A stretch of 64,000 bases of DNA, taken from positions 167,031 through 231,030 of the forward strand of contig JADJOA010000005.1 of NCBI GenBank assembly GCA_016714005.1, written 5' to 3'. Position numbers and translations under genes: made by a program. This DNA is from Bacteroidota bacterium (GTDB lineage Bacteria; Bacteroidota; Bacteroidia; AKYH767-A; OLB10). A model generated the notes under the pieces. It worked only from the letters and a program-made list of their open reading frames with translations, ran no database searches and had not been told where the DNA came from. This document shows positions 44,895-55,588 of the stretch, piece after piece. Every line of letters starts with the position of its first letter. Position 1 is the first letter of the stretch.

Positions 44895-46393
44895 TTACTC
44901 CTTGATAATCTTGACATTTGCTTGCATTTCTCCCCACTGCAATTTGCATAAATAAATACCCTTTGAAAGCCCAGTTAAATTAACCTGTTTAAACTGGCTC
45001 CGGGTGCAATTAATTCCTCTCCAACCTTATCTCCAGTTATGTTATAAATTAACAGTGTGCCTTCTGTTTTTTGAACAGGAAACTGGAGTGTTGTTGTATT
45101 CTTTGAAGGATTGGGAGATGCGCGTGCTGAAATTTTTATTGGGATATAATCTTCCAAGTCTGTAAGACATCCGCAACCCAAAGTTGAATCGCATCCTAAA
45201 AAATAATTAGGATGGTTAGGAATTCCATTAACATACCAATTTTGAAGTTGAATTCCATGTTGAATGAAATCACATGCAACTCCTAAACTGTCTGGATAAT
45301 TAATTACATGTAAATGGAACGTACTATTTCCTGTTTGAATATAAATCTTACCATCAGGAGCAAGTTGCATTCCCTCAAAACCAGTAGAAAACGGAGGAGA
45401 GGGTGAATAAAAACTATCCCATACTGCAACAGTCATCTGAGATGCTGCAATATTTGCGCTTGTCATGTCATACTGATAAGCTGTATAGATATTTGCCGCA
45501 TACAAAAATCTTGAATTAGGAGAAAATGCAGCCCCACCTAGAAAGGAAGTGGCTTGAGGCAGAACAATATGGATATCATTTGTAAGCAGTCCGGTACATC
45601 TGTCAAAATCAAAAATATCCAATGCGCCCACAGACTGATACTCTGCATGAATAACTGCAAATTTTCTACCGTCAGGAGAGAAAACAGACATTCCACCTAT
45701 TTGCGGTCTTACCACCCCAATATTCTGAAGATATGGTCCAAGAATATTGTTATTGGATAATACTAAGTACTTATAAAAAAGATTGCTGTTAGCTTGTTGA
45801 ACAATGACCCACCAATCTCGTCCGTTTGCATGTTTACATGCTGTTATATTGCCTGCTATTAATGTATCTTGCAATATCACCACATTCTTGCTTGTAACAG
45901 CACCCTTTCCACCATTTAAGTTCATATCAATTACACTGTAGTAGAAATTCAAAGCTCGATTATAGTTAGGGGCATTATCCACCGTGCTATGAAATAAGTA
46001 ATACAAATGAGAGCTACCTGGTTGGGGAAGGGCTAAGCATGCCTGTGGAACAGTTAACCCTGAAGGTGAAGAAAGATTAAATCCAGTGGGGCTTATTGTA
46101 TTGCCATTTTGCATCGTATCTCCTGTAACGTCTGCAATGTAATATCCATTCGTATAAAACAAAATATTTCCATTTGTATCTGAAATATTTGCTGAAGTCC
46201 TATTGATATCCATTTCAAGACTATCGTAGGTAATTGTGGGGGCTCCACTATTAAAATCCATTAATGTGTGACCATAAGCAGCACCCCAATAACTTCCGTA
46301 TCCCAATATCCAATTTGTATTAACACCAGTTGTCTGGCTATGAGTTAGGATATAACAATTACAGAATAGGAATATAAAATGCCATTTTTTCAT
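44895..46393 (-). pseudogene. secreted protein with T9SS C-terminal sorting domain, frameshifted in the CTD as read
   Basis: The 472-aa ORF has a signal peptide (WHFIFLFCNCYILTHSQ). The CTD begins ASPNPSKNTTTLQFPV...LLIYNITGDKV. A shift near 45000 continues FKQVNLTGLSKGIYLCKLQWGEMQANVKIIKE* with its stop at 44895-44897. Confidence 0.65.
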
Positions 46394-46460
46394 TGACTAA
46401 AAATTGACATTCAAATATAGTATTTATTCCAATTTTACATTATCTAACAATGCTCAATTT

Positions 46461-46757
46461 CTGCACTCGTCCTTGTCTGAAGCAAAGCCTTGTGCGCTGT
46501 GACGAGGATGTAAAGCTTCCGAAAGATAAAATTATTTTTGCCATAGTATTTTAAAAATTATTTGGGGCAATAGATATTTTATTAAAGATTAAAACCCAGG
46601 TAGAGCAAGGGATAGTTTTTTATGAAAAGGATTATCTTTATAGCTCTGCTAAAGATTACAGTGAAGAAAAAGGATTGGTTAGAATTTTGTTGTTATAGGA
46701 TGTGCAGGCATCCTCGTCTCTACACACTTGCAACGCGTCAGACGAGGACGAGAGGGG
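46461..46757 (+). mobile_element. RAYT-derived non-autonomous element, copy B (complete)
   Basis: The left end is CTGCACTCGTCCTTGTCTGAAGCAAAGCCTTGTGCGCTGTGACGAGGATG. The remnant ORF reads LFGAIDILLKIKTQVEQGIVFYEKDYLYSSAKDYSEEKGLVRILLL*. The right end is GCATCCTCGTCTCTACACACTTGCAACGCGTCAGACGAGGACGAGAGG. The terminal inverted repeat is CTCGTCCTTGTCTGA / TCAGACGAGGACGAG. Confidence 0.75.
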
Positions 46758-46789
46758 TTTGTACTTTGTCATTTATTTAAAATACAATT

Positions 46790-48093
46790 ATGGAGAAATT
46801 TTTTGACAGATTCAGGTTGTTGCAGGAAAAGGAAGATCATCCTATTTTAATTGAAAATATTACGAATGGCGTTTCTTTCAGAGGTACAAACCTGTGGGTT
46901 TTGATTTTTGCAATATTTATTGCTTCCCTGGGATTAAACGTAAATTCAACAGCCGTAATCATTGGTGCAATGCTGATTTCTCCTCTTATGGGTCCTATCA
47001 TGGGCTTAGGGCTTGCGCTGGGGATTAATGACCTTGTTTTGTTGCGGAAGTCGCTGTCAAATTTCGGATATGCCGTGATGGTGAGTTTGGCAACTTCTAC
47101 TTTTTATTTTTTGCTTACGCCATTAAGCGATGCACACTCAGAATTGCTTGCCCGAACCTATCCGACAATTTATGATGTGCTGATTGCTTTTTTTGGCGGG
47201 CTTGCAGGTATTGTAGCTACATCAAGCAAGCTTAAAGGCAATATAATACCAGGTGTGGCAATTGCAACAGCGCTGATGCCGCCACTGTGTACAGCGGGTT
47301 ATGGGTTGGCAACTTTGCATTGGAATTATTTTTTTGGTGCATTTTATTTGTTTCTTATCAATTCAGTTTTTATTGCTGCGGCTACTTTGCTTACAGTGCG
47401 ACTTCTCAAAATTCCGCATAAACATTTGCCTGATGCAAGGGCGGAAGCAAGAGCTAAAAGAATAATTATAACTGTTCTGATTGTAACGCTTGCACCAAGC
47501 TTATATTTAGGATATGATATTGTTCAGCAGGACCGCTTTACGAAAAATGCAAACCGTTTTGTAGATGTTGCCTGTGTGCTGCCGAATGATTATTTGCTGA
47601 ATAAAAAAATTGATGCAAAAACAAATCAATTATTCTGACTTATGGCGGTGATGAGATTACCGAAAAAGAAATAAATGCTTTGAAAAGCAAACTGGGAGGT
47701 TTTAATTTGAAAGGCACATCGCTTCAAATAAAACAAGGCTTTTCCTATTTGACCGATAATACTGAAAACAATAATCAGCTGAATGAACTAAGCAAGGCAT
47801 TGGTTGATAAGGAATCGGAAATAAGCAGGTTAAAGTTGAAACTTGACAGCATGACTACTAAGAATAAAATCGGGATGCAATTATTTTCAGAATTAAAAAT
47901 AAGTTATCCTGATTTAAAAGACATCATTATAAATGAATCAACCACCCTAATTGATACATCTTCTGTAAAACAAACCATTTTTTTAGCTGTGCTGGATTTT
48001 AAAAAGCCTGTTTCAAGTAAAGAAAAAATTAAAATTGAAGAATGGCTGAAGGTGAGACTGAAGGAAAATAAAATAAAAGTTATATTTGAATGA
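46790..48093 (+). pseudogene. DUF389 / TIGR00341-family membrane protein, frameshifted as read
   Basis: 46790-47638 carries the DUF389 hallmark GAMLISPLMGPIMGLGLALG and several TM helices. 47680-48093 is the soluble C-terminal domain in another frame. The shift is near 47625-47640. Confidence 0.7.
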
Positions 48094-48122
48094 GCGCTCA
48101 TGCAATTTATCTTATGAAATAA

Positions 48123-49901
48123 ATGACCTTAGAAATTGGAATTGTTTTAGTCATCATTGTGCTGACACTGTATTTATTTATCAGTGAAAAATTCGGGATA
48201 GATACTATATCTATAATCGTTATGGTTTTATTAATGGTTACAGGCATATTAACACCGCATGAAGGATTTGCAGGCTTTACTAACTCCGCTACAATTACAG
48301 TGGCTTGCATGTTTGTGGTAAGTGCTGCTATTTATAAATCAGGTGCACTTAGTGGTGTAGGCAATATATTAAAAACGCTTGGCAAGAAAAGCTATATCGT
48401 TACGCTTATAGTTCTTATGCTGCTTTCAGGCTCGCTTTCTGCTTTTATGAACGATACTGCTGTAGTTGCGCTTTTAATGCCGGTTGTAATAAATGTTGCA
48501 CAAAAAACTAAAATTAATCCTTCCAAATTATTGATGCCACTTTCGTTTGGAGCATTGCTTGGAGGAATCTGTACACTCATCGGCACTTCCACCAATATTT
48601 TAGTGAGCGGAATTGCTGAAAGACAGGGATTGGCTCCAATTAGTATGTTTGAAATGGCGCCTGTCGGATTATGCTTTATGGCAGTGGGAATTTTATATAT
48701 GCTTATTGTTGGTAACCGTTTGCTCCCTGACCGGAAGCAAAAAGAAAATCTGGCTGAGGAATTTGAGGTATCAAAATATATTACAGAAATTATTTTATTG
48801 CCGGAGGCAAAGTATGTAGGTACAACAATAAAAGATTAACCAATTGTAAAGAATCGTGACATAATAATAATAAAGATAACGAGTAAAAAAATACCTATGA
48901 TTCATTTGCCCGGCCTCGTTCTGGAAGCACATGATATTTTAAAAGTGAGCTGTGATATTGACAAACTGAAAATGCTGATGGAGCGCGAAGGAATTAGGTT
49001 CACCTCAGATAAAGGCGTGAAAAATGAATCTGTTTCATTGGGAAATGTCAGTCTTGTAGAAGCAATTGTGACAGTTAATTCCGAGATGGAAAACCAATCA
49101 TTCAAGGAGTATAATTTCAGAACACGGTTTGAAGGAGCAACTGTTTTAGCGGTAAGACACCGGAATGAAATATTGCATGAAAAGTTAGGCAGAGTCAAAT
49201 TAAAATCAGGCGATGTATTGCTTATCTCTGCCACTAAAGAACAGATAGCTGCATTAAAAAGCGCAGATGATTTGCTGATTATTTCTGAAACTGAACATCA
49301 CCCTTTCAATTTGTTAAATTCAGCTTCTATAATTTCAATTGTTGCCGGCATCGTTATAACAGCGGCTTTAGGAATAGCCCCCATTGTGCTGAGCGCAACT
49401 GTTGGAGTGGTTTTGCTTATTGTATTAAAATTTTTAAAAACCGAAGAAGCGTACCGGGCAATTGATTGGAAAGTTGTTTTTATGTTAGCGGGTGTTCTGT
49501 CACTTGGCGCTGCTCTCGAAAAAACAGGTGCTGCTACCTTGCTTGCTGATGGAATTATAAACACTATTGGTGCGTATGGTCCTAAAGCTGTACTGTCTGC
49601 TTTTTTCGGGTTAACATTTCTTTCAACTAATTTTATGTCAAACAATGCCACTGCTGCTTTGCTTGCTCCCATAGCGATTGTTACTGCCAGCGAAATGGGA
49701 ATTGATGCCCGCCCGCTTATCCTGGCAGTGGCATTTGCTGCTTCGCTTAGTTTTATGACACCAATGGGCTATCAAACCAATGCCATGATTTATGCGCCCG
49801 GTAATTATAAGTTTAAAGATTATCTGCGTGTTGGCACTCCTTTAAATATTTTGTTCTGGATTTTGGCTTCTATCATTATACCGTACTTTTTTCCATTTTG
49901 A
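48123..49901 (+). pseudogene. SLC13/DASS-family permease with central TrkA-C domains, interrupted by an in-frame TAA
   Basis: 48123-48839 and 48897-49901 are in the same frame (both coordinates are divisible by 3). The single TAA at 48837-48839 (GAT TAA CCA) interrupts ...GTTIKD*PIVKNRDIIIIKI... The permease TM repeats flank two TrkA-C-like segments. Confidence 0.75.
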
Positions 49902-49949
49902 TTTTTATAGCATTGTAATTTGAGAGAACTAATCGTTAAAATAATTAAA

Positions 49950-50796
49950 ATGAAGGAACTTTTAAAATCAGAAATTATTTCAACTGGAAATTATACCATG
50001 ACCGCAGGTAATTTATTGGTAGCAGTTATAATTTTTGTTGGTACTTATTTTTTAATAAGAATAATTGCTGCATTAATCACCCGTACATTTAAAAGAAGAA
50101 ACAGACCTGACGGAAGGCATTTTTCCATCATTCAGCTTGTAAAATATTTTATATGGACACTGGCTTTTGTTTTTATTCTGCAAACATTAGGGTTTAACAT
50201 TACTTTTCTTATAGCAAGCTCAGCTGCATTATTGGTTGGAATCGGCTTAGGGCTTCAGAATGTTTTTAAAGATTTTATTTCAGGTATTACCTTGCTCATC
50301 GAAGGCACTATAAAAGTGGATGATATTGTAGAGGTGGACGGGTTGGTTGTAAAAGTTAATGAAATAGCGCTTCGTACATCAAAAGTTACCACAAGAGAGG
50401 ATAATGTGGTGATAATTCCGAACCACAAGTTTATAGAGGAAAAGATTGTAAACTGGACAAATAATATGCTGCCTTCGAGGTTTATGATTGAAGTGGGTGT
50501 GGATTATTCTTCGGATGCAATGCTGGTAGAAAAGATTTTAATTGAATGCGCCACACTGCATAAGGATGTGCTGAAAGAAAAGGAGTATATTGCTACTGTG
50601 AGATTAAAAAGACTTTGGAAAATCTTCTTTGGACTTTCAACTGATATTTTACAGTTATAATTTATTCAGGATTGAAAATGTGAAAAGCAAAATACGGTTT
50701 GAAATTCTTGAAGCTTTCAGAAAAAATAATATTGTGATTCCTTTTCCACAGCATGTTATTCACTATGCCAATAAGGAGCAGGACAAAAGCATATAA
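49950..50796 (+). pseudogene. MscS-family mechanosensitive ion channel, frameshifted near the 3' end as read
   Basis: I prefer the ATG at 49950. The MscS core reads FKDFISGITLLIEGTIKVDDIVEVDGLVVKVNEIALRTSKVTTREDNVVIIPN. The C-terminus continues in another frame (...DFGKSSLDFQLIFYSYNLFRIENVKSKIRFEILEAFRKNNIVIPFPQHVIH...) to the stop at 50794-50796. Confidence 0.8.
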
Positions 50797-50809
50797 CTGA
50801 ATTTGAGGA

Positions 50810-51526
50810 ATGATTAGCAAAGAAAGAATTAAGCGTGCCCTGAACCGTTTTCATTTTTATTCGGGAATCCGGATTGATTCCTTGCCCGAAAATGAACTGG
50901 AAATATTTAATAAACATGCTAAAAAAATAAATTTAAAAAAGAAGAAAGTACTATTCAGGCAAGGCAGTTATCCTAATGGAGTTTATATTCTGAAAAGCGG
51001 GAAACTAAAAGTTTATCAGTTAAATTATGATGGTTCTATTCAGATACTTTTTATTTATGCTGCCGGAGAAGTATTTGGCTACCGCCCTATCCTGAGTAAT
51101 GAATATCAGCCGGTGAGCATTGCTGCACTGGAAGATTGCGAGTTGCTTTTTATTGAAAGAAAATTTTTTCTTGAATTGCTTCAAAAATCACTTACTCTTT
51201 CCAATCAGTTGCTCGTGAGTTTGAGCCATGAGTTTACCGTTCTTACAAATCGGATTAATGTTTTTGCACAACGCGGGATTAAAGAACGGTTTGCGCTTGC
51301 TTTGCTTATTTTAAATGAAAAATATAAATCGGAAAGTGATATGGACGGTTTTGCAGAAATAAAATTGGCACGAACAGACCTTTCCAACTTTGTAGGCACT
51401 TCTCTTGAAAATCTGAGCCGCACCTTAAATTATTTCAAAGAAAAAAGACTTATTCGCACTAAAGGAAAAAGTATTTTTATTGAACACTTTGAAAATCTTT
51501 TTATTCTTTCAGCAATTGATAGCTGA
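50810..51526 (+). CDS. Crp/Fnr-family transcriptional regulator
   Basis: 238 aa with a cNMP-binding domain (VLFRQGSYPNGVYILKSGKLKVY...GEVFGY) and a C-terminal HTH (RTDLSNFVGTSLENLSRTLNYF). Confidence 0.85.
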   Translation: MISKERIKRALNRFHFYSGIRIDSLPENELEIFNKHAKKINLKKKKVLFRQGSYPNGVYILKSGKLKVYQLNYDGSIQILFIYAAGEVFGYRPILSNEYQPVSIAALEDCELLFIERKFFLELLQKSLTLSNQLLVSLSHEFTVLTNRINVFAQRGIKERFALALLILNEKYKSESDMDGFAEIKLARTDLSNFVGTSLENLSRTLNYFKEKRLIRTKGKSIFIEHFENLFILSAIDS

Positions 51527-51650
51527 GTTTTTGATCTATTTTCATAGTTTGACTTAAGTCAAATTTATCTTCTGCATACCACTTTACTTTTGTAAATATG
51601 ATTTAGCAATCCTTGCTTTTTCAATCAATTATTTAAAAAAAGAATACACT

Positions 51651-53256
51651 ATGAATAAGACAGAAAATAACAGCATTCTAAAAAAAATTAAACTAAGAAA
51701 AACTTGAAGACAGAGACTATGAAGATATTGTACTACTTCAGTTAAAATGTTTTCCTGAAATGAAGCCCTGGAAACGTGAGCAGTTTGAGAACATTTTAAA
51801 AGTGTTTCAGGAAGGACAAATTTGTGTAGAATATAACGGTGAAATTATTGCTTCCTCGTGCTCATTAATTATTGACAGCAATAAGTATTCGGAAACTTCA
51901 AGCTGGCATGAGCTTACCGGAAACGGTTTCATTAATAATCATGAATCTGATGGTGATACATTGTACGGAATGGAAATAATGGTTGACCCGGAATACCGCA
52001 ATATGAAACTTGCACGGAGAATGTATGACTGGAGAAAACGATTTGCAGTAACTAAAAATTTGAAGCGAATTGCTGCGGGTGGAAGAGTTCCTAATTACTG
52101 CAAGCATCAGAAAAAAATGACCGTGTATGAATATGTAGAAGCTGTAACAGATAAAAAAATATTTGACCCTGTGCTTACCACTCAGCTTGCCAATGGTTTT
52201 TCGCTGATAAAGGTGTTGCCTGATTATTTGCCAAATGATAAGGAGTCGTGTGGTTATGCTACCTATCTTGAATGGACGAATTTCCAATACCGGACTGATA
52301 AGGAAAGAATCAGTTCGAGATATGTTCGCGTTGCGGCTGTACAATATCAAATGCGGACTAGAAAGGATTTTGACGAGTTTGCTTCGCATTGTGAATATTT
52401 TGTGGATGTAGCTTCTGATTACCGGAGTGATTTTGTAATGTTTCCTGAGATGCTCACGATGCAATTGCTTTCATTTATGCCTACTGAACGCCCGGAACAA
52501 TCAGCAAGAAGGTTAAGCGAATTTACTTCACGGTATATAGAGTTCTTTAACCATCTCGCAATTAAATACAACATCAATATAATTGGCGGTTCGCACCTGA
52601 ATGTGGAGAACGATTCACTTTACAATGTAGCTTATTTATTCCGTAGGGACGGAACAATAGGAAAGCAATATAAAATTCAGATTACACCTCATGAAAAAAA
52701 ATGGTGGGGAGTGAAAGGCGGCAACAAGATTGAAGTATTTGATACCGATTGTGGAAAGATTGCAATTGCTATTTGTTATGATGTTCAATTTCCTGAGCTT
52801 GTCCGCATAGCTGCTGTAAAGGGTGCGCAAATACTTTTTGTTCCGTATAATACAGATGAACGCAGAGGTTATTTAAGGGTACGGTACTGTGCACAGGCAC
52901 GAGCAATAGAAAATCAAATGTATGTTGCTATTACAGGATGCGTTGGTAATTTGCCTAAAGTAGAAAACTTAGATATTCATTTTTCACAATCTGCCATATT
53001 TACTCCATCGGATGTTGAATTTTCGAGAGAAGGAATTGCTACGGAAGCAACTCCTAATACTGAGACAATAATTTACCAGGATTTGGATTTACGGTTATTA
53101 AAACGAAACCGTGAGTATGGAACAGTGCAGCCGTGGAACGATATAAGGAATGATTTGTATGAAGTAATTCAAAAGCATAATGAATCAATTGTTCCCACTC
53201 AGCATCAAAATGGAAATGCAAAGGTTGAAAAACAGATTAGTATAATAAATCAATAA
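51651..53256 (+). pseudogene. bifunctional GNAT N-acetyltransferase / carbon-nitrogen hydrolase (nitrilase superfamily), frameshifted near the 5' end as read
   Basis: The 498-aa ORF has a GNAT region (YGMEIMVDPEYRNMKLARRMY) and a CN-hydrolase region (RVAAVQYQM..., FPEM, KIAIAICYDVQFPE with the catalytic Cys). The N-terminus MNKTENNSILKKIKLRK(L)EDRDYEDIVLLQLKCFPE (ATG at 51651) joins after an indel in the A-run at about 51705. Confidence 0.8.
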
Positions 53257-53267
53257 AAAATATTCAA

Positions 53268-54117
53268 ATGAAAAATAATAAAACAAAAATCATTCTTGTT
53301 CCTACAGATTTTTCGGAAACCGCTAACAAAGCTTTAGCAAAAGCAATAGACTTATCGAAAAGAACCAATGATAAATTGGTTTTGGTGCATGTGGTGGAAA
53401 CAAATATGTTTTTAGCTCCGGTTGAAATGATGGCAGTGGGATACATAAATGAAGTAATGGTAAGGGATTCGAAAGAAAGCCTGCGGGAAACTGTCAGAAG
53501 AAATAAAGGATGAACATGAAATCAATGTAGAATATGCCTGTTATTCAGGCAACGTATATGATAACATTATCCGTGCATCGCATTTATTTGATGCAGATTT
53601 AATAGTAATGGGAACTCATGGCACGTCAGGTGTTTCGGAGTGGTTGTTTGGAAGCAATGCTTTTAGTGTTGTAAATAATACAACCATTCCTGTTTTAACT
53701 ATCAACTTTCATTCTGATTCAAATACGTTTAAAAAAATTGTTTTTCCTTTTAATGAAAATTTGCTGACACTAAAAAAAGCAGAACAGGTTATTGCACTTG
53801 CAAAAATATTTAACGCTTCTATTTTGATTTTTGGATATACTGACAGTAAAATGACATCGGCATTAACAGTGCTTCGTAAAAAAGGTGAAGAACTTGCCAG
53901 GCAGTTTAAGGATGAAAATATTGAAAGCACTTTTACTATGAGCCTGGGTGAAGATTATGCAGATGAAATTTTGGAGTTTGCCAATGGAGAAAAAGCAGAT
54001 TTGATTACGGTTATTACAAACAGAAGTCATAATGTTGACAAAGTTTTTAAAACAAAACCGGATAAGAAATTGGTGAATCATTCTGAAATTCCGGTGCTGA
54101 GTGTACCGGTGGGGTAG
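53268..54117 (+). pseudogene. tandem-domain universal stress protein (UspA family), frameshifted as read
   Basis: KIILVPTDFSETANKAL... and ...DLIVMGTHGTSGVSEWLFGSNAFSVV (the Usp ATP-binding G-2x-G-9x-GS motif), plus a second Usp domain ending HSEIPVLSVP. The shift is near 53495. Confidence 0.8.
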
Positions 54118-54193
54118 CGGATAGTTTAACTTAATATTGCTTTGCTTGTTAACCAAACATTAAAATATACAAAGCAGCACCTGCAAAGTAATT

Positions 54194-54242
54194 CCCTCGT
54201 CCTCGTCTTACGCGGTGCAAGTGTGTTGAGACGAGGCGAGAG
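54194..54242 (-). repeat. solo REP-like hairpin (right-end type of the RAYT-derived element, inverted orientation)
   Basis: CCCTCGTCCTCGTCTTACGCGGTGCAAGTGTGTTGAGACGAGGCGAGAG matches the reverse complement of the right end of copies B and C. It has an 8-bp stem CCTCGTCT/AGACGAGG. Confidence 0.65.
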
Positions 54243-54683
54243 AAAGAAGGATTCTATTTAGGCAACCTTACAGGGGGCGCTATCACACAAGCCGCGTGTG
54301 CGACTTGTCAGGTGAAATTACAAGCAAAATTTTAGTTATGAAATTGAAAATTGGTTTTAGTTTTTTCTTTATTCCACTTTTAGTTCGTTAGCTTTTTAAT
54401 TTGATTTTAGCAACTCATGAATGCTGAAGGGCATTTGTCTTGAAACAAAAGTGGAGCAAAAATTCAAGCCAAATTGCCAACCTTCAATTGATTTTTCGCA
54501 CTTGCCTTTGCATCTAATGCCAATCAATTGAGTAGCGGCTTACAGTCACGTAGTTTGCTAAAAAGTCCACCGGACTTTTTATTGACGCAACCTCGTGCAC
54601 CATTTTCAAAAGCCCTCGCACTCGGAAAGTGTTTTGACATTAGCGAATTTTCTGGGGCATTGTTTCGAACACTTATGTTTTCA

Positions 54684-54980
54684 CTGTACTCGTCCTTGTC
54701 TGAAGCAAATCCTTGTTCGCTGTGACGAGGATGTAAAGCTTCCGAAAGATAAAATTATTTTTGCCATTGTATTTTAAAAATTATTTAGGGCAATAGATAT
54801 TTTATTAAAGATTAAAACTCCGGTTGAGCAAGGCTTAGTGTTTTATGTAAAGGATTATCTTTATAGCTCAGCAAAAGACTATAGTGAAGAAAAAGGGTTG
54901 GTTAGAATTTCGTTGTTATAGGATGTGCAGGCATCCTCGTCTTTACACACTTGCAACGCGTAAGACGAGGACGAGAGGGG
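54684..54980 (+). mobile_element. RAYT-derived non-autonomous element, copy C (complete)
   Basis: It aligns end-to-end with copy B and carries the same remnant ORF (...VEQGLVFYVKDYLYSSAKDYSEEKGLVRISLL) and the same termini. Confidence 0.75.
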
Positions 54981-55375
54981 GATTGATTTTTATTTCCTTA
55001 TTTCTTTTCTGCACGAGTTGTGATTATTATGATAACAGACTTTCCATAATAAACAATAGTAATGCAGATATTGCAGTTGAAACTTATCTAGACAGCATTC
55101 CTACCATTGAAGAATCTAATAGTTCGGCTTATTACCTTCGTGAAATTGTCAAAAAGCAAGGAACTTCATCATTAACAATGCCAGGAAGTACTCAAGCTTG
55201 GATTTTTTTTATCGAAAGAAGTAAAAACAAAAAATTGAACATTTGTGTTTTTAATAAAGATACAATAATAAAATACGGAGAAATTGATTCATTAATTAAT
55301 AAAAACCTTTATAAAAAATATATTATAAGTAAATCATATTTAGACAGTACGCAATGGATAGTTCAAATAAATTAG
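54923..55375 (+). CDS. hypothetical lipoprotein whose 5' end lies inside RAYT-derived element C
   Basis: The ORF is open from 54884 (GTG), with an in-frame ATG at 54923 inside the element, giving MCRHPRLYTLATRKTRTRGG-LIFISLFLFCTSC-DYYDN... The hydrophobic core and Cys lie just outside the element (after 54980). The start codon is uncertain; a TTG at about 54981 is an alternative. Confidence 0.45.
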   Translation: MCRHPRLYTLATRKTRTRGGLIFISLFLFCTSCDYYDNRLSIINNSNADIAVETYLDSIPTIEESNSSAYYLREIVKKQGTSSLTMPGSTQAWIFFIERSKNKKLNICVFNKDTIIKYGEIDSLINKNLYKKYIISKSYLDSTQWIVQIN

Positions 55376-55588
55376 TTTTTAGGGCTTAAGAATGATTGAA
55401 TAAAAATTATGAGATTACATAGAATTTTCGTCAAAAGTGTTGCTGTATTCAATGTATTCCTGCAGCCAACCACTTTCAATATTAAAATTTATTATCCTCT
55501 TTTGTTCTTTATTGACGTCTTTATCATATAAACTCAGTGCACCAAATCTGGAATCTAAGGTGTCCTTTTTCTGATCAACTTTATTTTT

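Noticed and set aside
54528-54777. Plus-strand ORFs 54528-54725 and 54595-54777
   Set aside because: They run from repeat-flanking junk into the left end of RAYT-derived element C and use alternative starts. Their sequences mostly read through non-coding flank and the element's left REP hairpin, reaching only the degenerate 5' edge of the remnant frame.
55414-55585. Minus-strand 57-codon open frame (...SRFGALSLYDKDVNKEQKRIINFNIESGWLQEYIEYSNTFDENSM*) next to the solo REP hairpin
   Set aside because: There is no start codon before the frame runs into the repeat, it is under 60 aa, and I recognise no family. It may be a gene fragment truncated by the repeat, but it cannot be supported as a feature.
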